From Octopus sinensis (taxonomy: Eukaryota): a DNA stretch of 64,000 nt. Below the pieces are notes generated by a model. That model worked only from the letters and a program-made list of their open reading frames with translations, did no database searches and had not been told where the DNA came from. Position 1 is the first letter of the stretch. Each line of letters starts with the position of its first letter. A program made the position numbers and the translations under genes. The stretch is taken from the NCBI RefSeq assembly GCF_006345805.1, contig NC_043000.1, forward strand, positions 158,968,001 through 159,032,000, read 5' to 3'. Below, in pieces: positions 38,602 to 51,152 of this stretch.

Positions 38602-39235
38602 GAAAGGTTAATATCTAGATCCGCACCCGGTGGGAAAAATGGAAACAAAAATGTGTAACAGTTGTAAGGCATCGTATATTGACGGAATAAGACGGAAAAA
38701 AGCGCGCTGACAAACGGGGGGAGGGGCCTCGGAAAATTGCCTACGATTTAAAGAAAAATTTACCATCAATTTTCACCATTTTAAACGCATTTCACACACA
38801 TAGCCCAATGTCATAATTCAAAACTAACGCAGCGAAAATTTTGAAAAGTTCCCCCAGTTCTGAAAAAAATCGATAAATTCGACATGGGGTCGCGAATCAG
38901 AAACACAATGGTGAAAATTGATGGTAAATTTTTCTTTAAATCGTAGGCAATTTTCCGAGCCCCCGAGCCCCCCGTTTGTCAGCGCGCTTTTTTTTCGTCA
39001 TATTCCTTCAATATACGATGCCTTACACCTGTTACACATATTTTTTTCCATTTTTGCCACCTGGGCGTGGATCCTTTACGGTTGATCCTGGGAATTTCCC
39101 TCCCCCCCCACCCCACCCCGTTTGTCAGCGCGCTTTTTTTCAGTCTTATTCCGTCAATATACGATGCCTTACAACTGTTACACATTTTCGTTTCCATTTT
39201 TCCCACCGGGTGCGGATCTAGATATTAACCTTTTC
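38602..39235. mobile_element. non-autonomous foldback element (MITE-like) with long nested inverted repeats
   Basis: 38602-38720 inverted to 39116-39235; 38729-38780 inverted to 38907-38959; extra diverged outer-arm copy at 38969-39074; TTAA near both ends. Confidence 0.85.
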
Positions 39236-39490
39236 AAACACCTTCTGATAACTAAAGGATCACCCACACATTAAAAATTAGAAAAAGAGGAAAAAAAAAA
39301 GAAAAGAAAAGAAAGATAAAATAACTACAAGCCCATAATTCAAATACAAACTTCTCAGTATTACAGCAAACATTCTGTACAATCAATTCTACATACTTCT
39401 CCTTAAAAAAAAAATAATAAAATAAAATAATTAAAAGTAATCAACAAAACAAACGAACAAAATAAAATTTAATAAAACATATCAACCAGA

Positions 39491-40778
39491 ATGGCTAGCC
39501 ACCAAAAATCCAACAAAAACTGGTCTGATAATGAAGTCGACGTTCTTATCAACACATGGCATGGCCTTACCGAAACAGAGAGCATAGGTGCTTCGTATCT
39601 GAACGAAATTGCTAAACGGGCAGTTCACCATTTGCAAACTCGATCTGAACAGCAGATACAAAATAAATTAAAACAAATCGAAGTTGCTTTTAAATTAATA
39701 AATAAACACTTCGATAAACTGAGATGCGTTTTCTCTTCGAACGCATCACCGGCGCAACAACAACAACAACAACCTCAACAACAACAAACTCAGCGGCAAC
39801 AACAACAGCTACAGCAACAACAACAACTTCAGCAGCAACAACCTCAGCGGCAACAACAAAAACAGATACAGCAACAACAACAGGATGAACCACTCTTCGA
39901 TTCATCTACAATGGCCGATTTGCTAAACGAAATGATTGACCCCCCAGTCATCAGGGTCACACAGCAGGAAGCACCACCCCTTCCTTTCACTGCCCCAGCA
40001 GCTCAATCATCATCATTGTCAACACCATCTCCTCTGCTTACTACTACTAGTACTACTCCAACTATGTATCGACAAACATCTTTGTCTTGGAATCGACCTC
40101 CTCAATCATTACCACTGTCAACATCTCTTCTACCTACTACTACTACTACAACAACTACTACTAATGCTATCTCAAGGAATTACCTCCTACAGGTCACAAA
40201 GGTCGCCAAAACTTCAACAAACTATCATCTACACCTTTCACAACTCACACACACACACGCACCTACACACCCACTCGAAACCCCATCATTTGCCGATATT
40301 CTCTTCGCCATAGACTGTGCACTGATAGAGACTGCAAATTCACCCATTTACCTGGAACAAAACGCTCTATCCCCACAAACTACAACAGCAACCACCATAA
40401 TACAACACCACCACAACCACCAATATCTCAAACAAGGAATCCCCAAATCTGCCGCTATTCCAGCGAGACAGATTGTGTCTGCACAGGGATTGCCCCTTTA
40501 CCCATCTCCCGGGGACTCGTCGGACATTTAAAGATAACCACTCACATAAAAATAGCCGCGGCCACAGTCACCTGCGGTTCCCTAGACAGGAAACCACCTC
40601 TTCTTCCTCTTTTTTAGCTATAATGAATCTAGCAAAAGAACTGGTAAAAACATCCGAGCTATCACCCACCACCATCCACCACAAATACCCCACTGCACAT
40701 GCCATTAAAAAGCAATCAAATAAACAAATCACCAAAACAATTAAAACCATCCACTCTCGCCTCAACATTTCTGCTTAA
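39491..40778 (+). pseudogene. LINE ORF1: Myb/SANT-trihelix-like N-terminus, polyQ, S/T/P linker, CCCH-like finger (frameshifted)
   Basis: WSDNEVDVLINTW...LNEIAKR...TRSEQQIQNKLKQIEVAFK; CAA/CAG tract about 39755-39882; PQICRYSS..[shift]..CLHRDCPFTHLPGTRR at about 40440-40525. Confidence 0.65.
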
Positions 40779-43673
40779 TGCCCAAGGCATCAGCCCTTCC
40801 ACCAATACACAAAAATGGAAGATAAGATTCCTGGAGGACTGGGTCGAGGCCCATCCAAACACATCCCTTTCTTCGTCCTCACTGAAACCCATCTTAGTGA
40901 CCTCCACTTGGAAGCCGAGGTGAAAGTTAAAAATTTCAAAACCATTCGTGCTGATCGTGCTGGCAGAAGAAAGGGTGGGACTGCCATTTATGTCCATGAT
41001 TCATTCTCAACAGAAGCCATGAACATATTTTCGAATGGATACTGCGAAGCAGTTGCTGTATTCAGTCAAACCAACAACTTAACAGTAGTTGGGCTCTACA
41101 GACCACCCCAAACGCCCCTACCATGCTTCAAGGAATGCCTCAACAGCATAAAGTGTTTCATTCAGCAGTGTCAACCTGACAACATTTTAATGATGGGAGA
41201 CTTCAACCTTCCCGGGGTTGACTGGTCTACAAACAGTCTGCCGCCAGGTTCTTCTCTCTCAACCCCTGACAGGGAGGCAGTGGAATCGCTTCTTGACTTC
41301 ATGGATGACTTCTTCTTGTCCCAACTGGTACTCGAACCAACGAGATGTCACAAAAACGTCTTAGACTTAATTTTCAGCAATCACACTGATACTATCCACA
41401 ATATTGCAGTGGAGAAAACCCTACTCTCCGACCATGACATGGTTCTCTGTGATCTGAGATTTCACTGGCCAAAATGCAAAACAAATGTCATCCCTCCTGT
41501 TCATCCATTTGACACTATGGATTTCCACAATGCAAACTGGGAAGCGATCAATAATGATCTTGCACAAGTCGATTGGTCCTTCACGCACACATACACACCC
41601 ACTAACATTAAAAAGTCCTGGCAGTCACTTGTAGACACCATCATGAACATATGTGCAAGACACACCCCATTAAGATCTGCAAACAAATCTAAGTGTCGAA
41701 TCCCTAGAAATAGAAAATCTCTCATAAGGAAAATTAAAAGAATCAACAAAAAGATCAACATGCTGAAATACTGTCAACAGCAACACACCAACCTGACTGC
41801 CATCTCGTCGCTAGAGATTAAAAAACATAAACTCCAAAACAACATGATGTCTATCATCAATAGTCAGCGAAAAGCTGAAGAGGCCTGGGCCATTGAGAAG
41901 ATCAAACTCAATCCCAAAGTGTTCTTTTCATTTGCAAAAAAACACAGTCACTGGTTCTACTGTTGGCCCTCTGATTGATGAAAATTGTACTCTTCAAGAC
42001 AATGCCAAAACCATGGGAGAGATATTACAGAAACAATATTGCTCTGTTTTTAGCAATCCTGATATGACTGATCTGGGCTGTATCAGTGATGTTACTCCCC
42101 AATACACTTTATCGGACATAACATTTGGCGCTCCTGATGTCTTAGCAGCAATAAAGGAAATAAAGCATAATTCAGCAGTAGGTCCCGATAGGTTCCCTGC
42201 TTGTGTCTTGAAGATGTGTCAAAACCAACTTGCACCCCCTCTAGCCAATCTGTGGCGGAACTCACTGGATGCTGGATATATACCAGATGACCTTCTATCC
42301 CATTCTGTTGTCCCAGTTTTCAAAAAAGGAAACAAATCGCTTGCCGTGAATTACCGTCCAATCTCACTCACCTCTCATATCATCAAGGTATTTGAGAGGG
42401 TGCTGAGATCGCGTATGACTCACTTCCTTGAGAGTCATAATATGCTGAACCCCAACAGCATGGATTCCGTAATGGGAGAGATTTCCTGACGCAGCTACTG
42501 CATCATTTTGATGACATTTTGAGAGCCTTAGGAGAAGGTTCCAACACTGATGTCATCTACCTTGATTTCAGCAAGGCCTTTGACAGGGTTGATCATAAGA
42601 TCCTTCTGAGAAAGCTGTCCAATATTGGTGTCACTGGAAAGTTGCTGCAGTGGATCAAGTGCTTCCTGTCTAACAGAACCCAACATGTTGTAGTCGAAGG
42701 AGTCAAATCCAGCCCAGCCAAAGTCAGCAGTGGTGTCCCACAAGGCACTGTGTTGGGCCCACTTCTCTTCATCATCTACATAAATGATATTACTGATACC
42801 ATCAAACACAGTAACATCAGAACCTTCGCTGATGACTCCAAGCTCCAGAAGGTCATCAATGGCGTGGATGACCGAATAAACCTTCAGTCAGACCTACTGG
42901 CTGTTGTCCAATGGGCGGAAAAGAATAACATGTTGCTAAATGAAGACAAATTTGAACTGATCCACTTTGGAAGAGAGGACACTCTGAAACTCCCATACTC
43001 TCTTCCTTCTGGAGAAATTCTCATGGCATCCAACAACATCAGAGACCTGGGAGTAACAGTGGACAACAACATAAGCTGGGCTACACATATAAGCAGCAAA
43101 GTTGACATGGCCCGCAGAATGTATTCCTGGATTCTCAGAACCTTCCAGTCGAGAGATTCCCACGCTATTATCCTCTTCTCCACTTTTGCCCGACCCCACC
43201 TTGAATACTGCTGTCCACTGTGGTCTCCCTACACAAAACAAAATATTATGAGAATTGAAGCTCCCCAAAGGTCAATCACAAAAAAGATAGATGGCATGTC
43301 AGACCTTGACTACTGGGGTAGACTAGAGAAGCTGAAATTGTATTCACTCCAACGACGACGTGAACGCTACATTATCTGTATGATGTGGAAAATATTCCAC
43401 CAGCACTGTCCGAATGATGTTGGCATCACCTTCAAAATGCATCCAAGGCTTGGACCACGTGCCATCCGTCCACAACAAAAATCTAAATCGCATCACATAA
43501 CGACAATACGGCACAACTATTTCACCTCAATTGGACCTGCTCTCTTCAACATTACACCAGGGCACGTCAAAAAAGAAACTGACCACACAAAATTCAAGAA
43601 GTCTTTGGACAAATTCCTTCAAACAGTACCGGACAAACCACCCACACCCGGATATGTCTCCGCACAACAATAA
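40759..43673 (+). pseudogene. CR1-like ORF2: APE endonuclease plus reverse transcriptase, about 3 frameshifts
   Basis: LTETHL, GGTAIYV, GDFNLP, LDLIF, SDH; NYRPISLTS, YLDFSKAFDRVDH, GVPQGTVLGPLLF, FADD, RPHLEYC, LYSLQRRRERY. Confidence 0.92.
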
Positions 43674-43804
43674 CTCTCTGCTCGAATGGGCCTGTGCCCA
43701 AATCCTGAACTGAAAGACTTCACCAGATGGTGCTATTAAGTTAGACATGGCCTGGGCCAATACTGGCCAAAACCTTTGTAAGTTATTCTAAGTTATACAC
43801 ATTC

Positions 43805-43875
<71 letters not shown>

Positions 43876-44080
43876 GTGAAATAGAAAGATGAATAATCTT
43901 GTAGTAGATAATCAAAAGTTTAACCGATACCTTAGTAGCAAAAATCACAGCAGTAAACAGCACGGTTGGAGGTACAACCATATGGTGTTGCAACCGTGCG
44001 TTGGTGCGGATAATTGAAATTAAAACATTATTGGTGAATTGAAGAAATGGAGCTGAACGCAGATTGAACAGAAATCGTTT

Positions 44081-44173
44081 TATTTCATTCTACACGTGTT
44101 TTGAAAGGCACAAATTACCAAAATCCGATTGAATAATGGACCATATTGTGTCTTTCTCTTCAGGAAGAAAATA
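44081..44173 (-). ncRNA. hammerhead motif in the 3' pLTR, G12A variant
   Basis: Same fold as 47128-47221, but the base at 44102 gives AAAAC instead of GAAAC. Confidence 0.65.
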
Positions 44174-44752
44174 GGAAATCCGTTGGAAAAACAAAAACAG
44201 AACAGAGGCGGAGCAAAAACAATCGAACTATGCTCCTAAGAGCCCATGGCGAAACTGTTTATCAGTGTATGTTGAGAACCGGTGGCTGAAGAATTCAACG
44301 GGTCAGGCATCGGTCAATCATGTGGGTGAGGGTGTAGATGTTCTTTGTGACCGAGAATAAAGTTTTGACTATTTAAGGAATATTGGATTTATAAGGGGCG
44401 AGAAAAAATCTACTTAGAGACGTGGTGTGTGTATACTGTTCTATATATGTGTGTTTTGGCGTAGGGGTAGAAAACATTTTTTGTGTACGTGTGTGCGTTT
44501 GATCGTTCGGCTGTCAGTGGCTACTGCCGTGAGAACCGTTGGGTGGCAGAAAAAAAAATATATATATTATGTTTTATGTGTGTGTGTGTTCATCTAAGCC
44601 TGCCTTGTCAAGGAAACCCCCCGCTGTGAAAAAACCAAGCCCCGTTTGTCTTACAGGAGTAATTCCCCTTGCAGTGGTTAATCGTAGATATCTTAAAGGC
44701 TATTTCAGAATTTGTTACCAAGGGCTATGGGTGCCGGTATTATTTATAAACG

Positions 44753-47080
44753 CTATTTAAAAGCCAGGTAAGTGTAACGCCGCCAATGGGAGCATCGAAA
44801 AGCCGACTGTAAAAGCCCGTTTACCATCCGGCCTCTGGCAAACAAAATATGGAAGAGTTCGGAGACACAAAGGTTGCACTGCCTTCTGCCCCTATCAAAT
44901 GGGAGGGCCACCGACAAAATTGACCATTCCAGCCTGTAGCTTAAGTTCGTATCCTTCAGTCGCCATATTAGCTTACTGAGTCCCGTGGTCTGGCGCTTGT
45001 TCATGTCCCGAAAAGTTGCGTAATGGTTGGAGACACGCAAAGACAATCTTGAGGATGAGGCCCCTACATAAGTGAAGACATCTGAGTCCGTGTAAACCTT
45101 GCATTGGTAGACGGCGTTTTTGATCTTGGAGTTCGCCGACGTGAATCTTATTCTGCTAGGATTAGTTTCTGAAATTAGAACTGCGTTCCTGTCACTATAT
45201 TCGTTCCGAGACCTGCAGCCGCTTACTACTCTATTTTCCACTACGTCACTATTAACTATAGGAATAACCCCTGATTCTCCACTATCTATCAGAGTGCTGT
45301 CATTGCTACTGCCCGTGGTGCTGCTATTGCGGGAAAAATGATGCTGGGGATGCTATTGGGTTCTCTACCCTACTCCCATTGTTACCGTCAACCACAACAC
45401 CCCTATTTATAACTATACCCCTAGTGGGTACTCCCTGGCTGGAGCTGAGATTATGTGTCACTGTACTGGCTCTCATATCATTATTACTACTATAATTATT
45501 CCTACTGAGCATTAAACCGGGAGCGGAAGAGGCTGTGCCTCCGGAAAAAGGTGATAGGGTCTTAGTAAGTAGCCTATTATTATGGGAGGCGATTATCTGG
45601 GCGAGGTTTTTAGTGTTGGAGAAAGCTATCCTAACTTTATGCGAGTTAACCGTGGAGTAATATTGGAATTTCTGGGGAAGTTATTGGCGATGGCTTGTCT
45701 AAACATGAGGGGAGGTTAGTTCTAATCTGCTTACCAAAGGGGATTACAAACCATATATGCTTATTCCTATCAGTGTGATGGGTCGGGACGCCAGCTCTCG
45801 CATTCGGGGGGTGGGTGATTCGGATGAATAACGGGTCTTGGGTTAGTGTAAGACCTCCGGACCGATAATTATCCTTGTTCGCTAAATTAAATGCGGGAGC
45901 GACTACCCCGGCATCCGCCGCGCTCCCGTCCTTACTTAAAATGTTAATGTTATTATATACGGCCCTATCCTGATGACCGAATGATGGCATCGGAAGGGCC
46001 GGATCAATATAAATTACCTTCTGCCTATAACCGGCCTTGGATAGTGCGGCGTTATAAAATTCCGCTTTCTGCATAAAAAATATCGGCACTGGCGGACAAG
46101 CCAGACAATCTTAGAGAGATGTTTTTAACCAAATTGTCTGTTACGGTTTTGGCATGATTTGAGAAGACACTGACATACTTCAAATTAGTGGAAGGCTTAT
46201 GGTAAGGGCAGTATGAGTCGCTATTAAGGTTAAGTCTAGGAAATTAGCCTTGGTGAGTTCATTATCAAAAACTATACTCATGCCCATTCTATTAAAAAAC
46301 CTAGCTAACCTGCTCTTAGTTTTCTGCACTATTCTGTTCGTGGTGTTTTGCAGGTAAAACAGACAATCGTCACGATACAGGCCGCCCGCGATCTCCGGGA
46401 ATTGGTCGGACAATTCGTAGAGAATATATATTCCGACCAAATCGGCTATCTGCGCACTATCCGAACTACCCATAGGCACATCAAATTCATTGGGAGTATC
46501 TTTACGGATCCAAACTTATTATCAAACTTAATAAACGATTTCCTGGCAACTAAAAGGATATCTATCTCTTCTCTGGTGAGGCCAGCCTTGTGTGAGCATG
46601 CCAGAGGGCCTTATTTAGCACACTAGGGTTAATCGAGGGGTAGAAGCTGGCGATATCAAACTGAATGAACCTAGTACGGTTCTTATTGGGGATGGAAGAG
46701 AACCACTTCACTACCTGCGAGGAGTTGGCCCAGAGGCTGAGCTTCAGCTTGTTTACTAAACTAGGGATATATTTATCTAAAATGTACTTACTGATTATCC
46801 CGATATCAGATCTAGCAGGGCATATGAGTCTTAGCGTGGGTGGTTGGTGTGGAAGTTCGGTTTATGGTCCTTCACTATAAATCTGGGTTGCTTAGGGCTA
46901 AGCGGCTGAGTTCTCATTTGAATTCGGTGTTTAAATATTATTTCCTTAATTTCCAAGTTTACCTTCCTCAGGGTACTCCAATTGGTTTTTCTATAATTTT
47001 TCTTGATCTCTTTACCGAGTAAATCTAGGTACTGCTTAATGGGCATCTTGTATGTGTTCCTGGTCTTGTCGGACTGGATT
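44753..47080 (-). pseudogene. PLE ORF (RT plus C-terminal GIY-YIG), 5'-truncated and frameshifted
   Basis: SDKTRNTYK, KDHKPNF, MGSSDSAQIADLVG, GLYRDDCL, NFLDLTL, VYQCKV...YVGASS..R..NHYATF, RQCNLCVSE. Confidence 0.88.
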
Positions 47081-47127
47081 TGTTTTTGCTCCGCCTCTGT
47101 TCTGTTTTTGTTTTCCAACGGATTTCC

Positions 47128-47221
47128 TATTTTCTTCCTGAAGAGAAAGACACAATATGGTCCCATTATTCAATCGGATTTTGGTAATTTGTGCCTTTCG
47201 AAACACGTGTAGAATGAAATA
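47128..47221 (+). ncRNA. type I hammerhead ribozyme in the inverted 5' pLTR, canonical core
   Basis: CTGAAGA at 47138-47144; helix II GAAAGACAC/GTGCCTTTC (8 of 9 pairs); GAAAC; palindrome ACACGTGT; GUA site at 47211; helix I 9 of 10 pairs. Confidence 0.8.
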
Positions 47222-47278
47222 AAACGATTTCTGTTCAATCTGCGTTCAGCTCCATTTCTTCAATTCACCAATAATGTT

Positions 47279-47282
47279 ATAT

Positions 47283-47368
<86 letters not shown>

Positions 47369-47580
47369 TATATATATACATATATATACATATACATAAT
47401 ATACATATACATATATATATATACATATATATATACTATATATATACATGTATATACAGATATATGTATATATATATATATATAATATATATACATATGT
47501 ACATACATATATATATATATATACATATATACATATATATATATATATATGCATATATAGATATATATACAAAATACATA

Positions 47581-47624
<44 letters not shown>

Positions 47625-47625
47625 T

Positions 47626-47678
<53 letters not shown>
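47279..47678. repeat. about 400-bp interrupted (TA)n microsatellite
   Basis: Direct reading; many similar tracts occur across the window. Confidence 0.95.
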
Positions 47679-47680
<2 letters not shown>

Positions 47681-48074
47681 GGTCATGAAGTATGAAATTT
47701 GTAATAAGGATTATGGTAAACTTTAACAGCTGCTATTCTGACAATCTTCATCTATTGACACCAAAGTGTACGTATGCCGTATATAAAAAATACAAACATG
47801 GGACAAAAACGCAAAACATCCAGAAAGTTAGGTGAAACAAAACAAGGAAAACAAAATATCCAGACAGACGATACAAGGAAAACAAGGACGGCTCATTCGG
47901 AGTTTTCTATCCTAAGTCGAGTTCCAGATTATCTTTGCAATTGTTGCTGGTTATACTCGAGATTGTTCCAATCTGGCCAGCCCCAAGGAAAAACTAAGCT
48001 AAGAGCATTAGATTCCTTGGAAGAAAGCAACGAATGTATACGAAACAAGGACGGAAAAAACGACAGGCTTCTTT

Positions 48075-48210
48075 TAGTTTCCTTCTACTAAATCCATTCA
48101 CAAGGGTTTGGTCGGCCCGAGGCTATAGTAGAAGACACTTGACCAAGGTGCAACGCAGCGGGACTGAACCCGGAACCATGTGGTTGGTATACTTTCATTT
48201 CCTTAGTGGC
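48075..48210 (-). mobile_element. tRNA-derived SINE family D
   Basis: Contains gggactgaacccggaaccatgtggttg (B-box-like segment on the minus strand); homologous to 21420-21545. Confidence 0.65.
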
Positions 48211-48987
48211 ACCGAAAAACTCCATACTGGATCATAATCCTTCGGTACTTTTTGAGTTTCCTTTTAGTACTGTTTTTGGATGAAGCTGCTTCACTTTGTG
48301 TCTTCTTTCGTAATGTGGGCGTGATATGCATATATATGTTTGTGTATATGTGTGTGTGTGTTGTGTGTGTATATGATATATATATATATATATCCCATAT
48401 ACATATATATAATATATATACTTATGTATATATATATTTACACATACACAAACACACACATGCACACGCACACACACAGACTCGTACATATAATTACGAA
48501 AATTGTGTATAATTTATAAAATGTCCCCAGTTCGTAAAATATCCACATCCATGGTTATAATTATTACTTCCCTGTTGCTGCTTTTTTGTCTTCTTGTATC
48601 TATTTTATATTTTTTTTCTGTTCTTTTATAATTATTATGTGTGTGATTGTAGTTGTTGTTACCACTTCTGAAAGAGTAAAATTCTCGGTGCTTAGGAGAA
48701 ATTATCTGTGAAGTGAACCACTTCATATTTGAAAATATACTCGAGAAGAAACATTATCGATTATAGGACCTCCTTGACAGCGGTTTCGAGTCGTGATACA
48801 CACATACACATAAACACGCAGACACACAGATACACACGCATGTGCACGCACGCACCTAAACACACAAACATACACACACACACACACACACACGCACAAA
48901 CACACACGAACGCATTTATGTATGTATATATATCTATCTATCTATTTTGTTTCTCATCTATCTATTTATATATCTATTTGTCTACAG

Positions 48988-49029
<42 letters not shown>

Positions 49030-49166
49030 GTGTGTGTGTTTATGTATATGTGTGTATGTGCATACATATACACACCACTTCAAATAGTTCGCATGCATAC
49101 ATTTAATATATATATATATATAGTATATATATATGTGTGTATATATATATGCATATATATTACATA

Positions 49167-49221
<55 letters not shown>

Positions 49222-49264
49222 GTATATATATATATGTGTGTATATATATATGCATATATATATT

Positions 49265-49365
<101 letters not shown>

Positions 49366-49757
49366 TATATATATTATATATATATAATATGATATTTAGT
49401 ATTTTTCGTCCTTTGCTCTTTTGGTTCTTATTCATATTTTTCCTAAAAGTTTTCATTTCAAACGCCATTGTAAATAACTGTGGGTTAATTGCTTCACCCA
49501 CTCGAGTGAATGCGAGATCCCGGAAATAAATTAAGAAATCTTATCGTAATCGGCTTACATAAGACAACAATCCTCTTCAGCTTGAAATACTGTCTATAGA
49601 AATGCTAGAAATGGTATAACTATTTATGTACATATGTATGTATCGTATACGTATTGGGTACATATATGTATATGCGTTTGTATGTGTGCGTGTGTGTGCC
49701 TATGTGTATATGAATTTAAATCTATTTATACATATATCCATATATATACATCCATAT

Positions 49758-49808
<51 letters not shown>

Positions 49809-49884
49809 TATATACATACATACATATATACATACATACACAAACAAAAATATAGTTACATTTATGCATGCATACACACACACG

Positions 49885-49920
<36 letters not shown>

Positions 49921-50763
49921 GATATATATACGCGTTTATGTTACTTTGTGTGAGTGAGCCTGTGTGTGTGCCTGCTCTTTCATTAGTGTGTATTCATGAG
50001 CGTGTGTGAGTATGAGTGCGTGTGTATGTGCGTGTGTGTGCGCGAGTGCGAATGTTTGTGTGTGTAAAAGAAGGAAGTTTTAAAAAGTAAACAATCATTT
50101 CTCAATTGAAATTGAATATGATTGAAAAGCTACCAATTTGTGGTATTTTTGACTTCTAAGGTGATACTTGAACACTGAAAATGACTATACATTACTTCAT
50201 GCTATTTTTATCCGTAGCCAACAGTGTGTCAGAATATACTTTCTAGGCTACGACCAGTGAATTGGTATTTTTATCTGTGGAAAGAGAGGGTTAAGGAATT
50301 TAAAGGACACAACTAGTACAACATTGAGCTAAGGCCATTAAAATACTTAATCATGGTTTCCCGTGTCTGACTAACCAAAGAACAAATTGGGGACACAAAA
50401 TACCGTGTTAAAAATATTAACGCACTTGCCTTCGTATCTATTATATATGAACTTCGAAGTAGCTATTTGTAAGTGGCTATAACATTTCGTCGTAAACGTT
50501 ATAAAGATCCTCCCTTGTAGAATGTTTAAGTTCGAAACTTCACTGTTTTGTCTTTGTCCAAATTAAATTTTATGATGCTATCTATATAAAAGAGAAAAAA
50601 TACCACATATTATTAAATCTTTCTTAATTGAATCCTATATCAAATTACCTTTAATTCATTCTGATGAAGAACGCAACATTGCAAACTAAGATGGTCCAAC
50701 CGATTCAGATTAACTGAATAGTGTAGATAGTTCGATTTTCACGCGATTAACCTGTGTATGAGA

Positions 50764-51152
50764 TTTTTTTTTGAAGCACTCCGTCGGTTACGACGATGAG
50801 GGTTCCGGTTGATCCGAATCAACGGAACAGCCTGCTCGTGAAATTAACGTGTAAGTGGCTGAGCACTCCACAGACACGTGTACCCTTAACGTAGTTCTCG
50901 GGGATATTCAGCGTGACACAGAGAGTGACAAGGCCGGTCCCTTGAAATACAGGTACAACAGAAACAGGAAGTAAGAGTGAGAGAAAGTTGTGGTGAAAGA
51001 GTACAGCAGGGATCACCACCATCTCCTGCCGGAGCCTCGTGGAACTTTAGGTGTTTTCGCTCAATAAACACTCTCAACGCCCGGTCTGGGAATCGAAACC
51101 GCGATCCTATGACCGCGAATCCGCTGCCCTAACCACTGGGCCATTGCGCCCC
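50764..51152 (-). mobile_element. tRNA-derived SINE family C, full length
   Basis: A box TGGCCCAGTGG, B box GGTTTCGATTCC, about 390 bp, A9 tail. Confidence 0.88.

Larger units (their letters stand above)
39240..43795 (+). mobile_element. CR1/L2-group non-LTR retrotransposon, probably near full length
   Basis: Continuous A/C-rich strand through 5' region, ORF1, ORF2 and a short 3' UTR ending at (TA)n; the 5' boundary is approximate and no TSD was found. Confidence 0.85.
43873..47278 (-). mobile_element. Penelope-like element with 3' pLTR and inverted 5' pLTR, both ends at (TA)n
   Basis: 44024-44222 is the near-exact reverse complement of 47080-47278; RT and GIY-YIG remnants lie between them. 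Confidence 0.9.

Noticed and set aside
47279-47678. Regular phase flips (TATAATAT, TATTATA) inside (TA)n tracts as a higher-order code
   Set aside because: Explained by slippage or single-base indel errors in long-read consensus; no consistent period.
50655-50705. CTGATGAAG...GCAAAC hammerhead-like string
   Set aside because: G12 context is missing and helices I and III cannot form.
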